DNA from: Abditibacteriaceae bacterium
GTDB taxonomy: Bacteria > Armatimonadota > Abditibacteriia > Abditibacteriales > Abditibacteriaceae
Assembly (NCBI GenBank): GCA_031425655.1
Contig: JANPJS010000092.1
Location: forward strand, 1-46,476
Direction: 5' to 3'
Length of the DNA stretch: 46,476 nucleotides
This document shows, in pieces, positions 36,290 to 45,252 of this stretch. Position 1 is the stretch's first letter; the number at the start of each line of letters is the position of its first letter. The position numbers and the translations under genes were made by a program. Under the pieces are notes generated by a model, which did no database searches, was not told the DNA's origin, and saw only the letters and a list, made by a program, of their open reading frames with translations.

Positions 36290-37380
36290 GCGCTCAGAAG
36301 TCAGAAGTCAGAAGCCGGAAGTCAGAAGAACGTGGCTCTCACTTCTTCTGGATTCTGATTTCTGTCTTCTGTCTTCTCACGTCGGCTCAAAGTCAAAGCG
36401 TGTCGTTGGCGGCGGTGGGCGATGTGCTGTTAGATCGCGGCGTGGCAACGCAGCTTCGCGCGCACGGCACCGATTATCCGTTTCAATTCGTCGCGCCGGT
36501 TTTGCGTTCGGCGGATGTTGCGTTCGGCAATCTCGAATGCCCGATTGCCGAGCGCGGGCAAAAAGTCATCAAGCCTTATGTTTTTAAAGCCGATCCCGCC
36601 TTCGCGCCGTGTCTAAATGCCGCCGGGTTTGATATTCTCTCGTTAGCCAACAATCACGCGCTCGACTGCGGGCGTTTGGGTTTAGACGAAACGATGGCCA
36701 CGCTGCGCCAGCGCCAGATTCGCTGGGTCGGGGCGGGAATTAATCGAATGCAGTCGGAAAAAGCCACGATATTGAAAGTGCGCGGCCTGCGCGTGGCGTT
36801 CGTCGGATTTTGCGAGTTTCTGCCCGAAGGCGTGTTTCTCAACGATGAGAAAACTTCGATTGCCTTAGCCGATGAAAACCGCGTGCGCATCGCGTTAGAG
36901 AAAGCGCGCTCGCAAAGCGATGTTCTCATCGCTTCGTTTCACTGGGGCGTTGAATATCAAAATCGTCCGAGCGCGCGTCAAAAGTTATTGGCGCGCGTGG
37001 CGGCCAAAGCGGGTGCCGATTTGGTTTTAGGCCATCATCCGCACGTTTTGCAGGGCGTGGAAATCCTGCCGCGCGGCGACAAAGCGGCGCGCGGGCGCAA
37101 AACCGTGGTAGCGTATTCGCTGGGCAACTTTTTGTTCGACGCGCCTTCTCGTTGGGCAAAGGAAACGCGCGATTCGGCGATTTTTCGCTGCACGTTCGAT
37201 AAAACCGGCGTGCGCTCCGCCGAATTCGTGCCGATGATTATCGAAGATTGCCGTCCACGCCCGGCGCGCGGCGCGCAAGCAACGGCTTTGCAAGCGCGCC
37301 TGTCGAAGCTCTGCGCCGAATTGGGCACGAAGTTGAAGCAGGGTCGGGTGCTTTTGCCGGCTACAAAGGGCGTGAAATAA
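36283..37380 (+). CDS. CapA/PgsA family metallophosphatase-like protein
   Basis: AVGDVLLDR, FGNLECP, SLANNHALD, FHWGVEY, GADLVLGHHPHVLQ, AYSLGNFLFD. Start moved to ATG 36283. Confidence 0.92.
   Translation: MLSAQKSEVRSRKSEERGSHFFWILISVFCLLTSAQSQSVSLAAVGDVLLDRGVATQLRAHGTDYPFQFVAPVLRSADVAFGNLECPIAERGQKVIKPYVFKADPAFAPCLNAAGFDILSLANNHALDCGRLGLDETMATLRQRQIRWVGAGINRMQSEKATILKVRGLRVAFVGFCEFLPEGVFLNDEKTSIALADENRVRIALEKARSQSDVLIASFHWGVEYQNRPSARQKLLARVAAKAGADLVLGHHPHVLQGVEILPRGDKAARGRKTVVAYSLGNFLFDAPSRWAKETRDSAIFRCTFDKTGVRSAEFVPMIIEDCRPRPARGAQATALQARLSKLCAELGTKLKQGRVLLPATKGVK
36294..36377. repeat. Inverted heptamer array (tcagaag family) encoding the CapA signal peptide
   Basis: (tcagaag)x3 ccggaag tcagaag ... 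tcttctg gattctg atttctg tcttctg tcttct. Confidence 0.9.
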
Positions 37381-37398
37381 CAGGAGATTGTCTCGATT

Positions 37399-38634
37399 AT
37401 GGAACATTCGATTCGCAACAAGCTGTTCGTGATGATGGTGCTGGAACTCTTCATCTGGGGCGCCTGGCTGCCCAAGTTGTATGACTATATGAGCCTGCTC
37501 AAATTTGAGCCGGGCCAAATTTCTCTGGTGTTCAGCATCTTCGGCATCGCCTCGATCATCGGAATTTTCTTCAGCAATCAGTTCGCGGATCGCAATTTCG
37601 CAGCAGAGAAATTCTTGGCTTTCAGCCACCTGATCGGCGGTCTGGCTTTGCTCGGCGTTTCCATGCAGCGTGAATTTTGGCCGTTCTTCACCTGCTTTTT
37701 GATCTATGGAATTTTCTACGTGCCGACGCTTTCTGTCGCTAACTCGCTGGCTTTTGCCAACCTGAAAGAGCCGGCTAAAGAGTTCGGTTTCGTTCGCATG
37801 GGCGGCACGATAGGCTGGGTTATCGCGTCGTGGCCTTTTGTGTTTTTGCTGGTCGGCGACAGGGCCACAGACCCGTCTTTCGTGAAGTGGATATTCGTCG
37901 TAGCGGCGCTCGGTTCGTTCGCTATGGCCGCTTACAGCCTGACTTTGCCGCACACGCCGCCGCGTAAAGATGTCAAGGGCATGGACAAATTGGCATGGCT
38001 CAGTGCCTTGAAACTGTTGGCCACGCCTTACATTTTGCTGTTGTTCATCGTGACTTTCATTGATTCCGTGATTCACAACGGCTATTTCGTGCTGTCCGGC
38101 ACTTATTTGCAAAATCGCGTCGGGATTCAGGGCAATCTGAGCATGGTGGTGCAAAGTCTGGGGCAAATCGCCGAGATTTTCGCCATGATCTTTTTAGGCC
38201 GCGTGCTGGCAAAACTGGGCTGGAAAACCACGATGATTATCGGTATCGCCGGACACGCGGCGCGCTTTTTGATTTTCGCGCTGTGCGCCGATATTCAGCC
38301 GCTAATTATCGCTGTGCAGTTGCTACACGGCATTTGCTACGCGTTTTTCTTTGCCACGGTTTACATCTTTGTGGATGAGGTTTTTCCGCACGATGTGCGA
38401 ACCAGCGCACAGGGATTATTCAACCTGCTCATCGTCGGCATCGGCAGCGTTGTGGCGGGCATCATCTTTCCGCTCTTGCAGGCGCGTTACACGGTCAACG
38501 GTGTGGCAGACTGGCAGGCGATATTTATGGTGCCGACAGGCATGGCACTGCTCGGCATGGTGCTGATGGCTCTTTTCTTCAAGCCGCCGTCGGCCCGTCC
38601 CGATGTCGTCGGAAGCGCTAACACACCGCATTGA
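37399..38634 (+). CDS. MFS transporter, nucleoside:H+ symporter (NupG/XapB-like) family
   Basis: LELFIWGAW, QFADRNF, VRMGGTIGW, SLGQIAEI, LHGICYAFFF, SAQGLF; about 12 TM segments. Confidence 0.9.
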   Translation: MEHSIRNKLFVMMVLELFIWGAWLPKLYDYMSLLKFEPGQISLVFSIFGIASIIGIFFSNQFADRNFAAEKFLAFSHLIGGLALLGVSMQREFWPFFTCFLIYGIFYVPTLSVANSLAFANLKEPAKEFGFVRMGGTIGWVIASWPFVFLLVGDRATDPSFVKWIFVVAALGSFAMAAYSLTLPHTPPRKDVKGMDKLAWLSALKLLATPYILLLFIVTFIDSVIHNGYFVLSGTYLQNRVGIQGNLSMVVQSLGQIAEIFAMIFLGRVLAKLGWKTTMIIGIAGHAARFLIFALCADIQPLIIAVQLLHGICYAFFFATVYIFVDEVFPHDVRTSAQGLFNLLIVGIGSVVAGIIFPLLQARYTVNGVADWQAIFMVPTGMALLGMVLMALFFKPPSARPDVVGSANTPH

Positions 38635-38703
38635 GTCACGAAAATTTCACGCAGCTCCACGAAATCGCGCGAACGCGAAAGGCTGAGCGATGCGAAAACA
38701 ACT

Positions 38704-39642
38704 ATGATCGAAGTCGAAAATCTTTCCAAAACCTACGGCAGCAGTCGGGGCGTGCAGGGCGTGACCTTCAAAGTGGGCAAAGGCGAAGTCGTGGGTTTTT
38801 TGGGGCCAAACGGCGCCGGAAAAACCACCACGATGCGCATTCTCACTTGCTTCATGGCGCCGACGGCGGGCACGGCGCGCATCGCCGGGCATGATATTCT
38901 CGAAAACTCGCTCGAAGTGCGGCGCAATGTCGGTTATCTGCCTGAAAACGCCCCACTTTACCCGGAAATGTCGGTGCGCGATTACTTGAGTTACGTCGCG
39001 GCCTTGCGCGGCGTGCCGAAGAACAAACGCGCCGAACGCCTCGAAGCCGCGCTTGACGCCGGCAGCCTTGAAGACAAAGCCGACACGCTGATTTACAAGC
39101 TCTCCAAAGGCTACAAACAGCGCGTCGGCATCGCGCAAGCCGTGGTTCACGACCCGCCGGTGCTGATTTTGGATGAGCCTTCGGCGGGCCTCGATCCGCG
39201 CCAGCGCGTCGAAACGCGCCAGCTTATTCGCTCATTGGCCAAAGATCACACCATTATTCTTTCCACGCACATTTTGCCCGACGTGCAGGAAACTTGCTCG
39301 CGTGTGGTGATTATCAATCAGGGTCGCCTCATCGCCGAAGACACGCCGCAGCATTTGGGCGGCGAGCGCGGCGACCGCATCACGCTGGTCGTCAGTCGCC
39401 CGTCCGCCGACGCTTTGGAAAAATTGGAGCGCATCGCCGGCATCACGAAAGCGAGCGAGGAACCAATCGCCGAAAACGCGGCCAACGAGCGCGTTTTCGT
39501 CTTGGACGCGACGGCGGGCAAAGACGTGCGCGAAGAAGCCGCACGCTTGTGCGTGAACGAAGGCTGGGGCCTGCTGGAACTCAATCGCCAGCGTCGCAGC
39601 CTCGAAGAAGTATTTTTGGAATTGACACGAACGGACGAGTGA
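38704..39642 (+). CDS. ABC transporter ATP-binding protein (GldA-like)
   Basis: GPNGAGKTT, LSKGYKQRVGIAQA, LILDEP, LSTHIL. Confidence 0.95.
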   Translation: MIEVENLSKTYGSSRGVQGVTFKVGKGEVVGFLGPNGAGKTTTMRILTCFMAPTAGTARIAGHDILENSLEVRRNVGYLPENAPLYPEMSVRDYLSYVAALRGVPKNKRAERLEAALDAGSLEDKADTLIYKLSKGYKQRVGIAQAVVHDPPVLILDEPSAGLDPRQRVETRQLIRSLAKDHTIILSTHILPDVQETCSRVVIINQGRLIAEDTPQHLGGERGDRITLVVSRPSADALEKLERIAGITKASEEPIAENAANERVFVLDATAGKDVREEAARLCVNEGWGLLELNRQRRSLEEVFLELTRTDE

Positions 39643-39647
39643 GCGGC

Positions 39648-39729
39648 AGTTTTGAATTATGAGTTTTGAGTTTTGAGTTGCGCTCCGGTCAACTCAAAAT
39701 TCAAAATTCAAAATTCAAAATTCAAAATT
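39648..39729. repeat. Empty inverted heptamer array (agttttg family) abutting the next ATG
   Basis: agttttg aattatg agttttg agttttg agttg - cgctccggt - caact (caaaatt)x5 ATG. Confidence 0.92.
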
Positions 39730-40449
39730 ATGAATAAGATCGGACTTATCGCCTGGCGCGAGATGCGCGGCTATTTTTCGTCGTGGCTGGCTTACGTTTT
39801 AATCGCCGGCTGGCTGCTGATTGCCGCGTTGACCTTCTTGACAATCTTGACTTTTTACGACCAGTCACAGGTTTTTTCGCTGGACGGATTGTTCGGCAAC
39901 CTGATTGTGTTTTTGCTTTTCATGGCGCCGATTGTCACTATGCGCTTGATCGTCGAAGAGCGCAGTCAGGGCACGTTGGAAATGCTGCTGACCTCGCCGA
40001 TTACCGAATGGCAGGTCGCTATCGGCAAGTTTTTGGGTGGCTGGGGCTTCATCGGCCTGATGCTGCTGCTCACGACGCACTTTCCATTTTTCGCCACACG
40101 CTACGGCTCGATTGACACCGGCCCGGTCTGGGGCAGCTATCTCGCGCTGAGTTTGGTGGGCGCGGCGTTCGTGGCGTTTGGCCTGTTTTGCTCTACGATT
40201 ACCGCCAGCCAGGTCGTGGCGGGTTTTCTGACCTTCGTCGGCCTGATTTGCTCGTGGATGCTCGGTTTTTTTGCCAATCCGCAAGCGAGCGAGTGGGTTC
40301 AGTTTATCGGCCAGCTTTCGGTTTTTACGCACTTTCGCGGCATGATGTCCGGCGCCGTTGACACCAAAGATTTAATCTATTTCGCGTCCGTCACGCTGTT
40401 TTTTCTATACGCAACGGTGCGTTCGCTGGAAAGCCGCAAGTGGAACTGA
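39730..40449 (+). CDS. ABC-2 type permease (GldF-like)
   Basis: IAWREMRGYFSS..AY, TMRLIVEERSQGTLEMLLTSP, GKFLG, LESRKW. Start moved to ATG 39730. Confidence 0.92.
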   Translation: MNKIGLIAWREMRGYFSSWLAYVLIAGWLLIAALTFLTILTFYDQSQVFSLDGLFGNLIVFLLFMAPIVTMRLIVEERSQGTLEMLLTSPITEWQVAIGKFLGGWGFIGLMLLLTTHFPFFATRYGSIDTGPVWGSYLALSLVGAAFVAFGLFCSTITASQVVAGFLTFVGLICSWMLGFFANPQASEWVQFIGQLSVFTHFRGMMSGAVDTKDLIYFASVTLFFLYATVRSLESRKWN

Positions 40450-40453
40450 GCAA

Positions 40454-40485
40454 GTGCGGAATGGCGAGTGCGGAGTGCGGAATTG
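40454..40485. repeat. Single-arm heptamer array (agtgcgg family)
   Basis: agtgcgg aatggcg agtgcgg agtgcgg aatt between a stop codon and the next start; no partner arm. Confidence 0.75.
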
Positions 40486-40492
40486 AGTGATT

Positions 40493-42073
40493 ATGGCAGA
40501 GAAGCAAACTGAAAAATCTTCGATATTGGCGCGCAACGCCGGCGCGTTTTTGATGGCGGCGGCGCTGTGCGCTTTGGGCGCTGTGATGGCTTACGGCTCG
40601 ACGCTGAAAATTACCAGCCCGCTTGTGATGGGCTTTGCCGTCGTGGGTCTGGTGTGCTTGGGCGCGTGGTTTGTCGGGCGCAGCCAACAGGCGGCGATGC
40701 CGCGCGATCAATGGTCGAAGCAGCGTTCAATGATGGGCGCCAATTCCATGTTTTCGACGCTGCTGTTTTTGCTGCTTTTAGTTAGCGTGAACTACATCGC
40801 GGCGCGGCGGCACAAAACCTTCGATTGGACCAGCAACAAAGTCAATATTTTGGCCGAGCAAAGCGAAAAGGCGCTGCAAAAATTAGCCGGGCCGGTCACG
40901 TTGTCTTACGTTTACGCGCCGGCTCAGGGCCAACTTGGGCCGGGGCCGGCGGAAGTGGTGCTTCTCGATAAATATAAAAACGCGTCCGACAAAATCCGCG
41001 TAAACATCATCAACGCCGCCGAAGAGCCGGGAAAATTGGAAGCCTTGTCACTGACCGGCTTCAACGGTCGGCCCGTGGTTTTAGTGCAAAGCGAGGACAA
41101 AAAAACCGGCGGACGGCAGCAGGTTGACATCGTGGATGAGCAAAACCTGACTTCGGCCTTAATGAAATTGGGTGAACAAAAAACGCGTGTTTTCTATCAT
41201 CTCGTCGGCCACGGCGAAGCCTCGCTTGACGGCGGCAACGCCAGTTTCAGCCAGGCTAAAGCAAAGCTGACTTCGCAAGGTTACACCTTCAAGCCGCTGA
41301 GCTTAGCGACGGGAAAAGCCGCGATTCCCGGCGATGCCGCCATCGTCGCGGCGCTGAATCCAACCGCCGATTTATCGGCGGGCGAAGCCAAAATTCTCAC
41401 GGATTACATGGCGGCCAAAGGGCATTTACTGGTGCTTTTAACGCCGTCGTCGCGCCCGATGCCGCGCTGGCGCGCTTTGGCGAAATCGCTTGGCGTGACG
41501 CTGCTCGACGGCTTTGTGGCCGATCCGCAGCAATATGTTAGCTCGCCGCAAGTGCCGGTCGCGCAGGTCAGCGATGTCACCAAGCACGCGGTTTTGGGCG
41601 GCGTCGGACAAAATACCGCCGTCGTGTTTCCCGGCGCGATTCCGATGAAAGTCGCGTCTCCGCAAGGCTTAACCGTGACTTCGGTGCTCGAATCGTCGCC
41701 GGCCAGCAAAGCGGTGCCGTTTAGTCGCACCGGCGCGATGCAGGATGGCCCGTTTACGCTTCTGGCCGCAGCCGAACGCAGCGCGGCGCCGGGCGCGCCT
41801 TCCGGCCCCGATATGCGCGCGGTTTTCGTGGGCAGCGGAGGCTTGGGCGCCGACACCAATTTTGGCGCTTATGCCAACGGCGATATGTTTTTATCGGCGG
41901 TGAACTGGGTGGCCGGCAACGAGCTTTTGGTTTCGATTCCGCCCAAAGAGCCGGTGCGCAACACCTTGGATATGCCGCCCAGCGTGCGCCGTTTCTCCGT
42001 GATTTTTTCGGTTTTCACGCTGCCTCTCCTCGTTCTGCTGCTCGGCGGTCTGATGTGGTGGAAACGGCGCTGA
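40493..42073 (+). CDS. GldG-like ABC-type uncharacterised transport system auxiliary component
   Basis: N-terminal TMs, FDWTSNK, EQNLTSAL, GHGE, NGDMFLSAVNW, C-terminal TM ending WWKRR. Confidence 0.88.
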   Translation: MAEKQTEKSSILARNAGAFLMAAALCALGAVMAYGSTLKITSPLVMGFAVVGLVCLGAWFVGRSQQAAMPRDQWSKQRSMMGANSMFSTLLFLLLLVSVNYIAARRHKTFDWTSNKVNILAEQSEKALQKLAGPVTLSYVYAPAQGQLGPGPAEVVLLDKYKNASDKIRVNIINAAEEPGKLEALSLTGFNGRPVVLVQSEDKKTGGRQQVDIVDEQNLTSALMKLGEQKTRVFYHLVGHGEASLDGGNASFSQAKAKLTSQGYTFKPLSLATGKAAIPGDAAIVAALNPTADLSAGEAKILTDYMAAKGHLLVLLTPSSRPMPRWRALAKSLGVTLLDGFVADPQQYVSSPQVPVAQVSDVTKHAVLGGVGQNTAVVFPGAIPMKVASPQGLTVTSVLESSPASKAVPFSRTGAMQDGPFTLLAAAERSAAPGAPSGPDMRAVFVGSGGLGADTNFGAYANGDMFLSAVNWVAGNELLVSIPPKEPVRNTLDMPPSVRRFSVIFSVFTLPLLVLLLGGLMWWKRR

Positions 42074-42076
42074 TTT

Positions 42077-42144
42077 AGTGACGAATTACGAGTGACGAGT
42101 GACGAATTTTCAACTCGTCATTCGTAATTCGTCACTCGTAACTT
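42077..42144. repeat. Empty inverted heptamer array (agtgacg family) abutting the next ATG
   Basis: agtgacg aattacg agtgacg agtgacg aatttt caa ctcgtca ttcgtaa ttcgtca ctcgtaa ctt ATG. Confidence 0.9.
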
Positions 42145-43512
42145 ATGAAATCTCTTCGTTCCACGCTGATTTTGCTGGTCGTCGTCGCGGCTTTGGGCGG
42201 CTACATTTGGTTCAACGAGCGCGGCCCGATTGCCGAAAGCGGCGCGACGGTTTTGCTGCGAAGCGACCCAAACACAGTCGAGCGCGTGGCGATGCAATGG
42301 CACGGCGCGTCCGTCGAATTGCGTAAAAACGGCTCGCGTTGGATGGCGGAGCAGCCGAAAAAAGCCATCAGCGTGCCCGCCGATGCCGACGCTGTGAAAA
42401 CGCTGCTGAACGATTTGCAATTGCTGCAAACTGCGTCGGTTTTGCCCGACGAAGCGGCTAAACGCAAAAATTTTGGCTTGGAAAAGCCCGGTTCATCGCT
42501 CGGAATCGGCGGCGCGAAAATTGAATTCGGCGCCTCGCCGTCCTTCGATTCCACGAAGGTTTACGCGCGCATAACCAACGACGGCAAAACGCAAATCGCG
42601 CTTTTGCCGTCGTCGCTGGGCACGGCGGTGGCGAAGTCGTTCAACGATTGGCGCGATAAAGCTGCGCTGCGCGTAACCTTAGACGAAGCGCAAAAAATCA
42701 CGATAAAAGCGCCGGCGATAAGCGCGACTTTCGAGAAAACAAAAAGCGGCGAAGACGGCAAGTCGAGCGAATGGAAAATCACTTCGCCCGTTGCTGCGGA
42801 GGCCGATTCAAGCACTATCGAGGGCCTCATCGGCCAACTGCCGATTACCAAAGCAACGCGATTTTTGGACGACAAACCGCAATCGTTGGCGAAGTGGCAA
42901 CTGGATAAACCGCAGGCACAAGTTGAATTTTCGACGCCCGACGGCCCGCGCTCGTTATCGCTGGGAAAATCGCTCGCGGCGGGCCACGCGGCGAAAAATT
43001 CGCTGTCGGCGGCGGTTTTCGAGGTGCCGAATTCGCTTTTTGGCCTGCTCAACCGGCCTTTACGCGATTGGCGCGCGAAAACCGTGGTGAAACTCGATGT
43101 TGACAACGTCGCCGAAGTTGAAATCGCGGCGCGCGGCGGCAAAAAGAGATTTGCCAAAACTGACGAAAAATGGCGCGAAGCCGGCGCGAAAGTGGGCACG
43201 ACCGCCAAAGAACAGGAAGCAGCCGATGCCGCGCATCGCGCCGTAATGGATATTCTTCTGGTTCTGCAAGCCTTGAGCGCGACCGGTTTCGTGGATAAAC
43301 CTGCCGCGCCGGCCAATTACGGATTCGATAAACCGCTGCTTGATCTCGTCATTGACGGCACCACGCATTTGCAAATCGGCACGTCCGGCGGCAAATTCTA
43401 TGCTCGCACTGGCAGCGGCGCGAATTTCGCCGGATCAGTTTTCGTGCTTCCCAAATCGGCGTTCGATGCCTTGAAATCGCCGCTCGATACACTTTTCGGG
43501 GTGAAGAAATAG
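42145..43512 (+). CDS. DUF4340 domain-containing protein
   Basis: N-terminal anchor followed by about three units of W...P....AD...V..LL..L ... FGL.KP ... G ... DWR.K; typical last gene of Gld-like ABC operons. Confidence 0.82.
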   Translation: MKSLRSTLILLVVVAALGGYIWFNERGPIAESGATVLLRSDPNTVERVAMQWHGASVELRKNGSRWMAEQPKKAISVPADADAVKTLLNDLQLLQTASVLPDEAAKRKNFGLEKPGSSLGIGGAKIEFGASPSFDSTKVYARITNDGKTQIALLPSSLGTAVAKSFNDWRDKAALRVTLDEAQKITIKAPAISATFEKTKSGEDGKSSEWKITSPVAAEADSSTIEGLIGQLPITKATRFLDDKPQSLAKWQLDKPQAQVEFSTPDGPRSLSLGKSLAAGHAAKNSLSAAVFEVPNSLFGLLNRPLRDWRAKTVVKLDVDNVAEVEIAARGGKKRFAKTDEKWREAGAKVGTTAKEQEAADAAHRAVMDILLVLQALSATGFVDKPAAPANYGFDKPLLDLVIDGTTHLQIGTSGGKFYARTGSGANFAGSVFVLPKSAFDALKSPLDTLFGVKK

Positions 43513-43517
43513 GGTAA

Positions 43518-43848
43518 TCTCTCGCAAAGGCGCAAAGGCGCAAAGATTTTCTAAATAAAAGACAAATTGAATTTAGAAAATCACCTTACGCAGTGGAGTG
43601 TGTTAGGCAGGCGGACTAAAGAAGGGTTGTCATTCTGAGTCCTGCCCAGAGGGCACCCGGAAGAATCTCGGCCTCTGCGTTATCTTTGCTCATGCTCGTG
43701 TGGAGCCTCTTATGCAGAGATTCTTCGCAAGCTCAGAATGACTCATCACCTTGTTGGTTGACCTGCCTATCACACCCCACTGCGTAAGGTGATTTAGAAA
43801 ATCCTAGCAACTATAAAAATCTTTGCGTCTTTGCGCCTTTGCGAGAGA
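43518..43848. repeat. Inverted nonamer (cgcaaaggc) repeat enclosing a MITE
   Basis: 33-bp arms at 43518-43550 and 43816-43848 with 1 mismatch. Confidence 0.9.
43582..43791. mobile_element. 210-bp MITE with 30-bp TIRs and an 11-bp target-site duplication
   Basis: TIRs caccttacgcagtggagtgtgttaggcagg and cctgcctatcacaccccactgcgtaaggtg (2 mismatches); atttagaaaat at 43571-43581 and 43792-43802. Confidence 0.88.
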
Positions 43849-43876
43849 CAAATTTGCGAGAGGCAAAAAGGAAAAT

Positions 43877-44698
43877 ATGAAATTTGGGATTTGCTGCGGG
43901 CCGGGTTCGTTCGTGCCGCAGGAGCAAAACGCGGCGCAGTCGAGCATCGCGCGCATGATGGGCGTGATGCAGGACGCCGGCGCCGATTATGTCGAGTTTG
44001 CGGTCGGATCGGTGACGGGCAGCGAAGAGGATTTCGAGAAGCTGCGCGCCGATTTGGAGCCACATTCGCTGAAAGCCGAGGCGTTCAACTCGTTTATTCC
44101 GGCCAAGCATCGCATCACCGGGCCGGACGTGCGTTTGAACGAAGTTTTGGAGTTTTGCGAACTGGCTTTGGGCCGTTGCATGGCTTTGGGCGGCAGCGTC
44201 GTGGTTTTGGGCAGTGCGGGAGCGCGCAAAGTGCCTGAAGGCTTCGATGTCGCCGAAGCCGAGCGCCAATTCGTGGAATTTGGCCGCGCTCTGGGGCCAA
44301 TTGCCGACGCGATTGGCATTGACATCGCCATTGAGCCGCTCAACAAAAAAGAAGACAATTTTTGCGTCAGCGTGGCGCATGGCACAAAGTTGGTGGACGC
44401 GATTTCGCATCCGCGCATTCAGCTTTTGGCCGACCTTCATCACATGGTCGAAGAAGGCGAATCGCTGCTGCCCGTGGCTGCTGCGGGAGCGCGTTTGAAG
44501 CACACGCACGTTGCCGATTTAGGCCGCGTTGCGCCCGGCTATGCGTCGGGCGGTGAAGTCAATTTTGAAGGCTTTTTTCGCGCTTTGAAAGCGGCGAATT
44601 ACGACGCGCGCTGCTCGTTCGAGGGCAGTTTCGGCGATATTGAAGCGCAGTCGAAGCCGGTTATCCGCCTGATGAAACAGCGTTGGGCGCAGGCGTAG
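43877..44698 (+). CDS. Sugar phosphate isomerase/epimerase (TIM barrel) family protein
   Basis: GADYVEF, VVLGSAGAR, IAIEPLN..E.NF, LLADLHHM, HTHVAD, CSFE. Start moved to ATG 43877. Confidence 0.9.
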   Translation: MKFGICCGPGSFVPQEQNAAQSSIARMMGVMQDAGADYVEFAVGSVTGSEEDFEKLRADLEPHSLKAEAFNSFIPAKHRITGPDVRLNEVLEFCELALGRCMALGGSVVVLGSAGARKVPEGFDVAEAERQFVEFGRALGPIADAIGIDIAIEPLNKKEDNFCVSVAHGTKLVDAISHPRIQLLADLHHMVEEGESLLPVAAAGARLKHTHVADLGRVAPGYASGGEVNFEGFFRALKAANYDARCSFEGSFGDIEAQSKPVIRLMKQRWAQA

Positions 44699-44700
44699 TC

Positions 44701-45171
44701 ATGGCGAAGGTAACCGCTTTAAGTGCGCGCTTGATGCTGGTGGCGGTTGTATCGCTGCTGGCCGCTTCGGTGGCCGCGCTTTATTGGGGCGTTTGCAAAA
44801 CATGGAAAGCCATCGCGTCCATCGTGGAAAATTCGGGCGAGTCGGCGACGATTGCCTTCCACCTGATTCAGATGCTCGATGCGTTTCTCATCGCGATTGT
44901 GCTTTACATATTCGCTGCCAGCATTCACGAATTGTTTGTCGGCAAACTTGATTTGCCGTCGTGGATACCGGCGCATAACCTGACTGAACTCAAAACCAAG
45001 CTCAGCAGTCTGGTGATTTTAGTGATGGCGATTGAGTTTTTGGGCAAGCTATTGAAGGATACTGAGTCCACAATTTTGCTCGATACGGCCATAGCCGTCG
45101 CGCTGGTTTCCATGACGCTGATTGTTTTCATGCGTTGGAGCGACAAGCCCGGTAAAAGCGCCGATGGCTAA
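44701..45171 (+). CDS. YqhA (UPF0114) family membrane protein
   Basis: LDAFLIAIVLYIF...IHELFV, LP.W...NLTELKTKL. Confidence 0.85.
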   Translation: MAKVTALSARLMLVAVVSLLAASVAALYWGVCKTWKAIASIVENSGESATIAFHLIQMLDAFLIAIVLYIFAASIHELFVGKLDLPSWIPAHNLTELKTKLSSLVILVMAIEFLGKLLKDTESTILLDTAIAVALVSMTLIVFMRWSDKPGKSADG

Positions 45172-45252
45172 ATGTCAGCCGACGGCAAACTGTCACTGGC
45201 CCCGATTTTGCGAAATGCGGAACGACTTAATTTTGTCCTGGGAGGAATGAAA

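Noticed and set aside
37027..38166. Long antisense and alternative-frame ORFs (e.g. 37027-38166, 3762-4577, 25848-26660, 32461-33216, 42561-43316)
   Set aside because: Shadow ORFs of well-supported genes in GC-rich DNA, with no recognisable motifs.
38636..38680. Weak cacgaaa-like repeats after the MFS gene
   Set aside because: Too degenerate, with no clear period or partner arm.
39648..39729. CRISPR array interpretation of the tandem repeats
   Set aside because: Units are 7 nt, contiguous and lack unique spacers; no cas genes are present.
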